In this document: positions 39,220 to 51,122 of the stretch, one piece after another
Layout: each line of letters begins with the position of its first letter
Position numbering within the stretch: position 1 is the first letter of the stretch
NCBI RefSeq assembly: GCF_964188315.1
Contig: NC_135657.1
Location: 85,436,001 to 85,500,000 of the forward strand
Length of the DNA: 64,000 bases
Direction: 5' to 3'
From: Podarcis muralis
Lineage: Eukaryota
Notes under the pieces: model-generated
What the model saw: only the letters and a program-made list of their open reading frames with translations
The model's database searches: none
What the model was told of the DNA's origin: nothing
Position numbers and translations under genes: made by a program

Positions 39220-39846
39220 AGGTCGCATATTAGACTTATAAGCATTGGATTTCCACCGGCCCATTTCTTTGATCCTGTCCGCCGGTAGCCCCAGGTGCGC
39301 GGCCGTGGTTGCGGCGCCAATCCTAAATGAGTGCGCAGCGTACTCCTGGGAGGATAGACCACAAGCCTCAATAGCCTTGCGAAGTACTCTAGTGAATTGG
39401 TGCCTCAACAAGGGGGACCCATCTTCATGGACCAGAAACGGACCCGGGCCGAGCAGTCTGAGGTAGAGGTACCGCCTAGTGTCCTTTACTGGGCATGGGC
39501 CCTGCTGTGCCAATGCCGTGAGCTTAACTAGGACACCCTTACCAGCCTGATCAGTCTTGGACTGACGTATACGCACTGTCATGGTAATTTCGGACAACTG
39601 CACGTCCTCGCACAGGAGGCCGCGTGTTGAACCACGTGCACTAACTTCAAACACCACCTCACCAACTCTAAGCGCGCCAAAAAAGGCGATAGCGTATACT
39701 GAGGAAAAGAGACGTGCCTCGAACCTGGACCAGCAAATTGACCTGAGTTTTATGCGTATCTGAGATAACAACCCGTAAGAAATCGGCTTACGGCTCTTGG
39801 CCCTGGGAGGTTGTAACCTGCCCCAACCCTCAATGGCTCTCCGGAT
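39220..39846 (-). pseudogene. tyrosine recombinase (phage-integrase type), 5'-truncated
   Basis: GALRVGE (R), RQSKTDQ (K), HSFRIGAAT (HxxR) and GRW motifs; the expected catalytic Tyr position reads Asn (AYKSNMRP). Confidence 0.92.
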
Positions 39847-40785
39847 CATCACATACAGCTCCCAAGTTAAAACAGTACAACGCATCATCAGAGATCTACA
39901 ACCTCTCCTGGACAATGACAGTTCTCTTTCTCAAGCTCTGGGAGGAAGACCTTTCATTGCCTACAGACAGCCACCCAATCTTAAACAACTCCTAACCCAC
40001 AATAATACTACAACCAGACTTAACACGGACACTGGCACCAGAGCCTGCAATAAACCCAGATGCCAACTTTGCTGCCACATACACCCGGACAACACCATTA
40101 CTGGCCCCAACAACATCACACATACCATCTCGGGACTATTTAATTGCTCATCGTCTAACATTGTGTATGCCATCAAATGCCAACAGTGTCCTTCAGCTCT
40201 CTATATTGGACAAACAGGCCAAACCTTATGCCAAAGAATAAACGGACATAAATCTGACATCAAGAATCACAAGACAGAGAAACCAGTAGGAGAACACTTC
40301 AATCTCCCAGGGCATTCTATACAAGATCTCAAAGTAGCTGTTTTACTACAAAGGAATTTCAGAAATAGACTGGAAAGAGAAGCTGCTGAATTGCAACTCA
40401 TTACAAAACTTAAAACCATGGAGAAACCTGGTCTGAACAAAGACATTGGATTCTTATCTCATTATACATGACAAAGCCATTTTTCACCTTCTCACCCCTT
40501 GCTTTTTCCTGTAAGACCTATTGCAGTCGTTAAGAGTCGTCAACAAGCTCATCTCAGCCATCTGCCAATCACCCATTCCCACCACCCTTCTGAGTAATAC
40601 CCCTCCCCACCTTCACACTATATAGAAGGATCTGGCAACTTCTGTTTCAGTGTATCTGAAGAAGTGTGCATGCACACGAAAGCTCATACCAAGAACTAAC
40701 TTAGTTGGTCTTTAAGGTGCTACTGGAAGGAATATTTTTTTGTTTTGACTATGGCAGACCAACACGGCTACCTATCTGTAACTGG
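39847..40785 (+). mobile_element. Penelope-like element (Neptune-type), 5'-truncated, with GIY-YIG endonuclease ORF to 40471
   Basis: CNKPRCQLCCHI Cys-rich linker, IVYAIKCQQCPSALYIGQTG (GIY-YIG), QRINGHKSDI, REAAELQLI and GLNKD motifs; pseudo-LTR with hammerhead. Confidence 0.92.
40652..40689 (+). ncRNA. minimal type-I hammerhead ribozyme motif of the Penelope pseudo-LTR
   Basis: Stem I GUAU/AUAC, CUGAAGA core, stem II GUGUG/CACAC, GAAA, palindromic AGCU stem III, CUC cleavage triplet. Confidence 0.78.
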
Positions 40786-42632
40786 TACTATTATTATTAT
40801 GATAATTATTATTATCATACTACTATTATTATGATAATTAATTAATAATTAATTTAATATTATTACTTATTCCTACTCTAAATATCTAAATAACGATTTA
40901 TTACTATTATTATAATCATAAACCAATTATTAATTTATTATTATTTATTTTCACTATAGTTTATGATAAAAATTGCTTGAAATTGTCAACCAATTGTGTA
41001 ACAACAACAGCTGATTTGGATTACTGACGACCGAATCAATTATAGCCGTTAATCCTAAACCTCGGATTGGCCAGATAAATTGGTGCTACCACTGAGCTTG
41101 AGAAGGAATTGATATCACTGTTGCTGCCTAATAGATGTTGTCAAAATAATCAATTTCCTAAACACTTATGAAATTATATCAATTATACTGTTGCTGTGCG
41201 GATAAATCAAGTGCAATGCCTTTGTCAGGTAATCAAATAAGCAATTCTTAAATGAGAATATCCTAGTATCCTGCCACAGCTTCCAAGGAATCAATTGCCC
41301 CCACGGCCAGGCCCCCTGGCTGCACTACCCTGAAATGCAGTGACCAGCAGCACTGGAGCTCTGGCCACTCCCACCAGGACACAGTATATGCTGGCTCCTA
41401 AACAACTGCAAAGCTACACTTTGTTAACCAAGGCAGGAAGATGCTAATTGCCCAGTTGCCGGGCGACCAGCAACAAATAGCTTGGCGATCCTCAAGCTGC
41501 ACAGGACACAAAAGCTAACCCTGAGTAGTACCCGCAGGGCACACCTCCTCTTACAAATGGGCAGGCAGCGGAACAAACGGGGGGACGACGAGGAATGAGG
41601 CCAGGGAAAGGCTGGTGCTGCAGCAAAAGGCTGCTGAACACGCCCCCACCGCGGCACCTGGTTGGATGGCCACGGGGGGGGGGGGGGCGTGAGCGCCAGC
41701 CAGGTGAGCTGGAGGCAGGGAGCAACGCCCCCTGCTGGGCGGTGCTCGGGCTCCCACCCACAACCACTCCCCTCTCTTTCAGGGAGGAGAGTCTTTCAGC
41801 AGCACTTAGGCAGAAGGTCAGGACTGTACTGTAGATCAGCGTGTAAAGAGGAATGTTGATGTGACAACGCCGTTGCATTCTTTTTTTGCACTCACTTTTA
41901 GTCAGAGCATGTTTACAATGTGTCATTTGCAGCTCACTAAGGGGATCGTGGGAGCTGTGATGTGTTTGAGAACAGCTAAATCTAAATCTAGGTGAAACAG
42001 AGAAATTGACAGAAATAATGTGTAGATGAAATGAAGAGGATCACATGCACCTTTCCATCTGACAGTAAAACAAAATGCAACTATGAGTTATTGGAATACA
42101 TCCTGAGGAAATATAAAGCAGGAAAATGTATTTTTATCCATTCTTATTGTTATTGTGATGTGTTATATGTATAGTTACTTTTTCCCTGGAAATAAAGATG
42201 TTTTTGGCTCAGTCACTTGGTGAAACATTTTCATCATTTATTTTATTTTGTTTAATTGCTTAAAATAAAGCTCTAATTCAGGCCTGCACAACTTGTTGCT
42301 CTCCATTTCACATATTAGGTACTCTCTCTCTCTCTTTCTCTTTCTCACTCTTTCTCTTCTGTAGTCTTCGGCAAGCGGCAAACCCCCCCAAAGCTTAGGA
42401 AGCTACCAGAGCATGGCTGGTAAACTATATTTAGCTTGGTAGGTCATAAATTGTACAGGCTGCCTAACCTGTAACATACTTTCTATTTTCAAAATGTACA
42501 ACAATTGGTGCAGCTGCTTTGTCTGGCTGCACCAACATTTGTTGCAACATTTCCTTGCTAAAAGATGCAAAGCCTACTTCCTGGCGAGAGGCTACTGTGA
42601 CTTCTCTGGTGGGTCACAAATAGCAATAGTAG

Positions 42633-42890
42633 CAGGGCTGGTGCAATCCTGTTTCATCGCTTGAGGTGAAATAGGAAGTGCCTCCCCACACAGCCACCAT
42701 TGCCTCTGCGCTAACCTGCTCTGCCATCTGTACTGATTTCTGATGAGATTTCAGCAAGATCTCGCTGGAAATCAACACTGATGCCAACACCGCTTCTCCA
42801 GTGTTGGTGGTGGGCCAGGACAAGACATCTTGGGGATTTCTGCAGCCTGAAGTGGCTGCCTCATTCTGCCTCATGGGTGGGCCGAGCCTG
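42633..42890. mobile_element. hAT-type MITE
   Basis: cagggctgg ... gagcctg termini; 8-bp flanks aatagtag/aatggtag (1 mismatch). Confidence 0.7.
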
Positions 42891-43755
42891 AATGGTAGTA
42901 GTTTGTGGTATCTGAACTACTGACATACCAAAGCTTTTACCAGGTTTTACCTAGAGCTGATCACATTATGGCAAAGTTGTGGATTGGTTGATAATGAGCC
43001 ATCTAAAATGAGGTCATCCAGCTCTTTTGAAAAAGCTGCACAAGCTGTGAATTTTCACCTCCACGAATCCCACAGCCCAGCAGTGGAGAACCTGTGGTCC
43101 TTCATATATCGTTGGCCTTGAACAGTCCCACTCAGCATGGCCAGTGGTCAGGGATGATCAGAGCTGAAGAACAACAACAATCCCTTGGCAATCCCTTGCC
43201 ATCACCAAACCAAGATTTGTTGTTATAGTTTTTGCCATTGTTAGAACCTACCGGTAATTTAAAACTGCATTGATAAGATTAACCAAGATTAACTCCAGAA
43301 TATATACATTTCAATCTTAAATTTGGTAGTTCTATGGTCTGTTAGTCGTAGTGATATAGTTAAAACCTAATTAAATCCAGAAAGACCAAAAGCATTGCAA
43401 AACTTTCAGGCAGGTGGAGAAGTACCTGAGGAGAAGTACAGAAGAGACAACGTGAAGAAATAATGGTTGACCTCAGAATAATGAGCTGAGAGATCATCAA
43501 ACACACTTGATGCCTACTATGAAATTAAATAAATGATATTTAATTGCTGGGTTTTTTAAAAAATAAAGGGGGGCACAGAAGCATATGGTTTTATATTGGA
43601 CTTAACAGCTTCTATAGCTCCTCATGTTTTAAAATAATGAACAGACATTAAGAATAGAAAAAGTGACCTGTTTAAGTGCTGTGAAACTGCAAATTTAATT
43701 AGATAGCTTGTTTTGATGTAGAAGGAGGATCGCCAGATAACAGGGTTATTCTGTT

Positions 43756-43759
<4 letters not shown>

Positions 43760-43787
<28 letters not shown>
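43760..43787. repeat. (GT)n microsatellite
   Basis: Direct read. Confidence 0.95.
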
Positions 43788-44579
43788 ATTTAGAAGAGTA
43801 CTTTTCTACATACTCCCCATAGCTCTATATTAAAAGAATGCTTGTTTTCAGACAGGAAGCTTTAATCCCATGATATTCTTGCAGTGTAAGCCTCTGTGAT
43901 TTCACACAGAGTGAAATATCAGGTTTTTGTTATATCAGTAACTCACATGCTGTTAGGCAAAGTTACAAAGCTGAACTATTGTGCACATTCTATCTAGCAT
44001 ACCCTGATTATTCGAAAAGCTGAAAAAAACCCATTGTATTTACTTTTCCACCTCTTTCCTGGAATTCCCAACATAATCTGCCTCATTCTGTTTTAATCTT
44101 CAAATCACATAGAGGTGTGAGTCCTCCCACATGCCTCTTTTAACACCAGGAATAAAAAACATATCATGCCCTTTGACATTCACTGTGGCATTCATGCTTG
44201 TTTCTTTTGACCTTTTTGCAGATATAACTTCTGAACTGTACATATATGCTGCGGGTGGCACATCCAATGATATCTGCTTGTTCTATATTATGAATATACC
44301 CTTCTCTTACCTCAAAATACCAATCTAATCCATTTTTTTTAATTTCTTGCATTCATTTGATTCTGTATTGGCCATTTGTTCTGTATTGTATTTTAGGACT
44401 TTACAGTGATTTATTGTATTTTTAATGAGTGTGTGGTTTGTAAGTATTCGTATAGATAAATGATAAACTAAACAACATAACCTACCTTCTTAGAAGGTTC
44501 TAAATGTCATTCTGCTTTTATCCATCACAAAACTTCTAATTCTCATTTGCCACTGTTTCATTTTTAGCTGTGTCATGCC

Positions 44580-45770
44580 ATAAGAATATATATCTCAATA
44601 AAAAGTTTATCTTTGTAAGGACGTTCATTTTTATTGTCACAATTCTCCCTGAGAAAGATAATCTAACACACACTCTGGAAGAATGGCAGATGAAAGTGAT
44701 GGAGTATATGACATTGGCCGAGATGACAGGCAGAATCCGTGACCAACGAAAAGAGACAGTGGAAGAAGAATGGACAAAATTTAAGAGTTATCTTAAGGAC
44801 TACTATAAACTTAATGAATGTTAAAATGTTGTGGTTCCTAGAAATAAAGGGGTACAGGGATATAAGGTTAGAATTATAAAAGAGGACTAAGATGATAGAG
44901 AATGGAAAGTAACAATGGGGAGTTGCTAGGTGAATTATGGACATTGGGATGCAGAGAGGGGGGGTATGGGGAAGTCCAAGAAAAGAGGTTTATGAAAATA
45001 TGTTCGAAACTATACGTGTATGTTTGTCATTTTTAGTGTGTGTTTGTTTCTTTTAAAAATTCTGTAAAACCAATAAAAAATTTTATAAAAAAAAAAAAAA
45101 GAGAAAGATAATCTAACACAATTCCATCCCTCTATGTCTTCCTTTATCTTATTTTTCCAAAACACGTTAATTTAGCACCTGCAACTGTTCATTTACTCCC
45201 AAGAAAACATTCCCTAAGCATCTCACTGATTCACTATGAAGCTGGATTTTTATCTTATATCCAATAGCTTTTAATTATTGGTCTGTAAGATAAAAAAGTT
45301 AACAGCTCTGTTCTGTCTGTTCTGAGCTTATAACTTGTAATTTTATTAAAATCCTTCTGCAACTTTTAGAAATTCAAATAGAGATCCATCTGATTCTGTG
45401 AACAGGGCAACGTTGTCTGCATACATGGAAACCTTAATTTCCTGTTCACCTATCTTTTGTCCTTTTATTTTAAAATTGTGCCATACAGCCACAGAAAAGG
45501 TTTTGCAAATATAAATTAAATCCATTATGGAGACAAAGGACAGCCTTATCTGGTTCCTCTTGACAAGTGAAATTGAGAAGATCATAATTCATTGACCAAT
45601 ACTCGTGCCTATGGATAACTATAAATCCTACTTATTCGTTTTTGAAACCTTGTGCCCATTCCATAAAATTTTATGGCTTGTAATGGATATGGCCATTCCA
45701 CCTTATCTCTGAATTTTCTTTGCATGATCCTCTGAGTGACTTCAAAGGTTTTGATTTCACATTCGTTTTC
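44580..45770 (-). mobile_element. old, degraded L1-clade LINE (RT region), interrupted by a younger L1
   Basis: Minus strand shows DKVEW, ARVLVN, SRGTR*GCPLSP, IKVSMYADN and, across the insertion, WNCVRLSFSGRIVTIKMNVL; multiple stops. Confidence 0.82.
44671..45100 (+). mobile_element. young 5'-truncated L1 3' end with polyA
   Basis: Perfect 20-bp target duplication gagaaagataatctaacaca (44651-44670, 45101-45120), AATAAA plus polyA, ORF2 terminus LEEWQMKVMEYMTLAEMT...EEWTKFKSYL. Confidence 0.92.
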
Positions 45771-46369
45771 AGAATGAAAAAGGAATTTCTTTCCTAAGCA
45801 TTCACATAACAGAGGCACCACAATCTCTTATGTAAGCTAACACAACATAATTTATTTATAAAAATCAGAAGCTTGTGGCTATGAGCTGGGATCTAAGCAA
45901 GTGGTGCTACGAGCAAACTGAGTCCAAAGGTTAAGGCTATTTCTTTGGAGTGGTTTCTTTGCAGACATTAGCCTCACATTCCAATTGCTTTTACAAGCTG
46001 CCGAGTTTCAAAAGCATTTTATGATACGGCATTGAATCTGTATTTTATTTTATTTAAAAACTGAATTAGTGCAACCCACTTGCAACCCTCTTGCATTAGC
46101 TTAAGCAGTTCTTTGGATCCTGGCCACAGTTTCCTAGTAACTGGAATACATACACTTATTTTTTTAAAGTGTGCCCTTTTTTGATAAAAACGTTATCTGG
46201 ATCAGGCCAATGGCTCTCTTAGCAAAGCCGTAGCTAGATAATCTTGCGCCCTTGCAGAACCGTCCAGATTGCGCCCCCTAGCAATGGACAAATTAGCTCT
46301 CCTCCAACACCCCCCCCCACTCATTCAATTTACCCTCTATTTAAAACCATTTCTTATGAGGCAATAATC

Positions 46370-46426
46370 CAATTCAATTCCAATTAAACTTTTTATTGCA
46401 CTAGCCATAGGCTATGGCATCTTCAG

Positions 46427-46467
<41 letters not shown>

Positions 46468-47530
46468 CCACCACAAAAATTATCGGGAACAGACATACAA
46501 TAAAACCATGGTCACAGCTACTAAAATTATTTGTTGCATTAAATAGTATAGAATAGCAGAAGATTCTCAGGTAAGATGTGCCAAATTAAATATCCGAATC
46601 CCCTTTGCAGTTGACCGCTATTTTGTCTAGTTCCTTCCTCCTGATCTTCTTAGCTGCCAGCACACAGAGTGCTACTTTATAAGTAACAAAGTCATCGGTG
46701 TCGCTCAGCAGCCATTTCACCCTTTCCACCCTATTCAAATGTGTTCCATTTGTAAACAGGAGTTTGATAAATCGGTCTCTTGGGTTTATATATAACAGGC
46801 ACTGCAACAGATAATGGCACAGGTCCTCGACGCAGGGTTGTCCACACAGACAGAGTCTCTCTTCATAATGTTCTGTGCCGTACCATCCATCCAACACCGC
46901 TGAGGGCATTGATTGGAATCATAGTTCTGTAAAAGCTATTCTTAGTATGGCAAGTGGGAGCTTTGTCAGGTATCTGGCTTGGGCATGCTCCATTTAGATA
47001 AGTGGGAACCTGTTAGGAGCTCAGCTTGCACTCGAGTAGGACTCTGGCAGAGACACATGCCCGACTGGCATGTTCCCTCCCTCCTGGTCGATCGTTTGGA
47101 AGCTTCATAAGCTTTCTTTAGCCCGAACATCACAGCGACCGATGCCAACCGACACCGGCACACCTAGGGATCCGCAGAGTTTGCGTAACTTGTGTGAGAG
47201 ACCTCTGCAACTCAGCATTTTGGCTAATCTACTTATTTACATATAAACACACACGGAGCACTGCAACATGGCTCCTTCTCTCTCTAGCATCAGACAGCAA
47301 AGAGAAAAAGAACAAAGGACAATAGTCCCACTTCACAGAACATAGTAACACAAACATCCTGTCTCTGTCACTTCCCACTCTGTGGAATTAAAACATATAC
47401 TATCATGTGATAGACAAAAATGCCATGACTGTAATCACGGAGCAGGAATTTTAACAGAACCATGGTGAGCTCTTGGTAGAAGCAATCATGGTTAGATCCC
47501 TTTAATCGATATTTATATTTATGGACATAT
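46370..47530 (-). mobile_element. non-LTR retrotransposon 3' fragment (RTE-X-like Cys-rich C-terminus)
   Basis: YLTKLPLAILRIAFTEL / MPSAVLDGWY...EERLCLCGQPCVEDLCHYLLQC; contains (CAA)n at 46427-46468; split by the LTR at 47011-47456. Clade and boundaries approximate. Confidence 0.55.
47011..47456. mobile_element. solo LTR
   Basis: TGTTA...TAACA termini with perfect 5-bp target duplication gaacc. Confidence 0.85.
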
Positions 47531-47577
47531 TTTAGCCAATTTTGCACTCCCCAATTGCCTGCGCCCCTGGTGGGGGC

Positions 47578-48348
47578 TGTGGCGTTTGCCTCCTAGGATG
47601 CGTCAAGGAAAGGGTTAAAATGGGTGTGATGGGATTGGCCAGTGAGAATGCAAGGGGGGAGTAAAAGATAGAGTGGGAGGTTTTGAAAAGTTAGTTGAGG
47701 TTTGGGAGTTGGGAGTTGAGGGTTGTCAGTTGGGAGTTGAGGCTTGGGTGTTGGAGAAGGAAGAGGGAGGCTTAGGTGTGGGTTGGTAGAGTTGTATTGT
47801 GAGAGAGTGAGAGGAATTGTTAGGTTGAGTCAGATAGATAGTTGGAATAATCAGTTTGGAGTTGTTAGGAACTGAGATTAGGAAAGTGACAAGAGAAAAA
47901 TAAACTGTAACCATACGCTTGTTCCTGCATTTAAAAATAAACTTGATTATTTGTTTATGTTAACAACTGTCTGGACTCCATGTGTCCCCGTGAGAAGTGG
48001 GGTGGTGGCAGCGAAGAAAGCTAACCGCAGTGGTGGCACAGGGTCAATAGAAGAAGAAGAAGAGAAGAGTTTGGATTTGATATCCCGCCTTTCACTCCCT
48101 TTAAGGAATCTCAAAGCGGCTAACATTCTCCTTTCCCTTCCTCCCCCACAACAAACACTCTGTGAGGTGAGTGGGGCTGAGAGACTTCAAAGAAGTGTGA
48201 CTGGCCCAAGGTCACCCAGCAGCTGCATGTGGAGGAGTGGAGATGCGAACCCAGTTCCCCAGATTACGTGACTACCGCTCTTAACCATTACACCACACTG
48301 GCTCTCAATAGACCGTGAAACGTCCGGGGGCCCTGTGTGATCACCACA
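47578..48348 (+). mobile_element. solo LTR containing a SINE
   Basis: TGTGG...CCACA termini with perfect 5-bp target duplication ggggc; internal AATAAA signals. Confidence 0.82.
48052..48306 (-). mobile_element. tRNA-derived CORE-type SINE (Squam3-like) with (TTC)n tail
   Basis: Minus strand gagagccagtgtggtgtaatggttaagagc (A box) ... gggttcgcatctcc (B box), CORE-like gtgaccttgggccagtcac; flanking duplication aataga. Confidence 0.85.
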
Positions 48349-51077
48349 GGGGCCCACCTCACCACTCCCTAGTTATGGCCCTGCCTCTTAGTCCGCAACC
48401 TGTTTTCACAGTGGCCAAGAATATGCCTGTAGGAAACCAGCAAGCATAGCCATCATGGGTGGTAGCCACTGATAACAAACCACCCAGTCTTATAGATGTC
48501 TACTCAAGAAATAGGTTTTAATTGTATTCAGCGGGATCTACTTCCAGGAGAATGTGTACAGAATTGCAGGCTAAAAAGCTCTAATATTATATGCATAAAT
48601 GTCTTACTTCAGTTATTACCCAAAACTATTTTAAGAAGATAAAAGACATTGAGGTTGTTAATTGGATGAAGTATACACTATGGAGAACTACGTAGAGCAG
48701 ATTCGCTTGAGTTCAAGCCAGAACACAAGGAAACAGTATTTCATTTTTTTAAAAAATAATAATATATTTTTTAATGCTGTTTATCATAAGAGTGGGGAAG
48801 CTTTTTAAAAACACATTGGCAGCTATATTCCTTTGTGGGTGCTTTGGGCTGCATAGTGATGGTGGATGAGGCCAGAGCCAGCATTTGACAAGACCATTGC
48901 TGATAGTGGACAGATCCGGGGGCAAAATTCTCTGTCTCTCTCTCTCAGCTCCCTGATAATGGCAAGCAGGTTATCAGCATGATACGGCAGAGTGGTTTCT
49001 TTTCAGACATTAGATTATGAACCTTGAAACGTGACAGGAAAGGCCTTAAAAGGTGTAGTTAGTTGTTTAGTGCCATTGTAAAATAATAATAATAAGGAGG
49101 CTATTGAAGGAGCTTCCTTTTTGGTTTGGTGTTAGCACAGAAAGAAGTGGGAGAGGCTACCAGGCCCAGGAGAATCAGGGCTAAGTTGTGACAAGAGGTG
49201 TGTGCTGTGGAGCCAAGCAGTGGCACCAGCCTCTTGGCCACCATCATCATTACAGCTTACCTTGTTGGGCTTCTGAGCTCATGGAACTACCAGTAGCAGC
49301 TGGTGTGGTGAGCCAGAGCCAACCTCCTGTCACTGGTGTTGCTGAAAGGTACCTGGATGGAGCAAGGGTAGGGCAGTGTCATAGTGAGTTGGGCTCTGTA
49401 TGGACACACCAGCAGAGCCAGTCTGGTACTCCATTGGGTCTACACAACCCCAGTCTGGATGCCTCCCCAGTCCTGTCTGCGTAATCTATAATGACCCTGG
49501 TGTTGGGAGAGCGGCTTTGTGATTCTGGCCAACAACACCAACTGCTACTGGGTGTTACTGTTTCATCTAGAATGCCAAATGTATAAAGCTGGTCTGACCT
49601 TGATGTTGCTGAGGTTTTGGTGTGCAGCAGCTCTCTGATGTTTACGAGGAGACTGGGATGCAGGCAAGCAAGTGCTTGGGGACCTGCCCATGGAGCTTGG
49701 TGGCTAGAGTGTATTTCCAAAGGATGCCACACTACTCTAGCTGCTTTGCTACTTGGTGGCTACTTCGAGCTATATGTGTATCTGCCTGTCTGCCTCCTGC
49801 TTCCTCTGCCCTCTCTCTGGCAATACCCTCAGACAAGAGGGAGAAAGTAGGTTGCTCACTTTGGAAGATGAGTAATTGGCTAGAGCTCAGGATGGGAGTG
49901 AGCCCTAAGTAGGAGAGGCCCTGGGCCCAACTGAAAGGCACCATAGGCTGAGTGTGCTGTGGAAGTCAGCCTTTCCCCATCTCTGATTTATCATATTTGA
50001 TGATGAGAAGCCTGCCTTCATTCTACCTTTGATTTATAAAGTCTTTAAAGCTTAGACCTATCATTAAGTAATTGCCTCCTTCAGCTGTGAAAACACTCTC
50101 GATTTGTGCCAGGTTAGGAAGCTTTAGTAGATCCAAATAGTGATGAATGATTTAATGCTACCTTTTTTGATTATGTTTAAGAATTATGGAATTTTAAATA
50201 TATATATATATCTGACCTGCATTTTACTGTATTTTTGATTTCTATTGGTGTGAACTGTTCTGGGGCCTTAATTGGCAAAGGGTGGCTTGTTTGTTTGTTT
50301 GCTTGTTTAAGATACCTGTCCCTCACTATAAGGTCCCAGGGTGGTTTATAACCATATAATCATATCATATAAGCCAAATAAATAAATGTTTTCATGTTGA
50401 ATATCTCCTGCTAGTGAGTAAATGAAAGCAGAATACTGTAAAAAATATAAACACACACAGACCCATTAGAGTAATTCACATATTTTAAAGAGTACTTTAT
50501 ATTCTACGGACGTGTACAGTTTTGGATGAGAAATGAAAAAGCATAGTTAGGATACTCAGCATGACAAAGCTGGTTATGAGAAATTAAAAAAATACCCACC
50601 AGCTACCCGTATGCTATATAATATATTTTTAAAAAGAGATGGTATGGTCTAGATATAATAACTTCTCCAGAAGTAAAGTAAGACTCACAAACCTAATTGC
50701 TTTATAGAACACTTCAGTTGTTGTAGTTTATGTGAGGTCTGGATGCATAAATTCTGCTGCTAACATACTATGCAGAGAGAGAGAGAGAGATGTGCCCCCA
50801 AAGACCCCTAATATGGTGAGCCAATCACAGCTGCTCTGCTGAAGTCTCAAAAGATCTTGTTGAAACCTTTCCTAAAAGCATCTCTTCACAGGATACTCTC
50901 TTCTATTTTGTGTTGCCAATAAACTTGGGTTTTGACAAATATTTCAAAAATGTTTTGAAACAAAGGAATTTGGTATTGGGGAAAAAATGCTGGCTCAGTT
51001 AGCAATAACAGCTGGGAAACTAAAGCCTGCTATGCTCCAGATAAGACTGGAGGATAATGAGCCCATGTGCCCAATGC

Positions 51078-51122
<45 letters not shown>
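51078..51122. repeat. (CAA)n microsatellite
   Basis: Direct read. Confidence 0.95.

Larger units (their letters stand above)
38246..41796 (-). mobile_element. tyrosine-recombinase retrotransposon (DIRS/Ngaro group) with YR and SGNH hydrolase; gag/RT/RNase H not found
   Basis: Both termini match the short copy at 60141-60943 (5' aaagactctcctccc, 3' cctcgaaccacaa); carries YR and SGNH genes; interrupted by Penelope at 39847-40785. Confidence 0.85.
46223..48383. mobile_element. hAT-type MITE expanded by nested insertions
   Basis: Left end caaagccgtagctag vs right end ctagttatggccctg (imperfect TIR); 8-bp flanks tctcttag/cctcttag. Confidence 0.65.

Noticed and set aside
39797-39846. N-terminus of the 224-aa GIY-YIG ORF
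   Set aside because: It is the antisense of the YR gene upstream of the insertion junction, not part of Penelope.
39031-39915. 294-aa ORF as one intact gene
   Set aside because: The first 23 or so residues are antisense Penelope and the last 60 or so are read-through into the SGNH region; only 39220-39846 is recombinase.
49188-49944. Cluster of overlapping 70-117 aa ORFs in a GC-richer tract
   Set aside because: No motif recognised on either strand; possibly an old repeat, but I cannot support a call.
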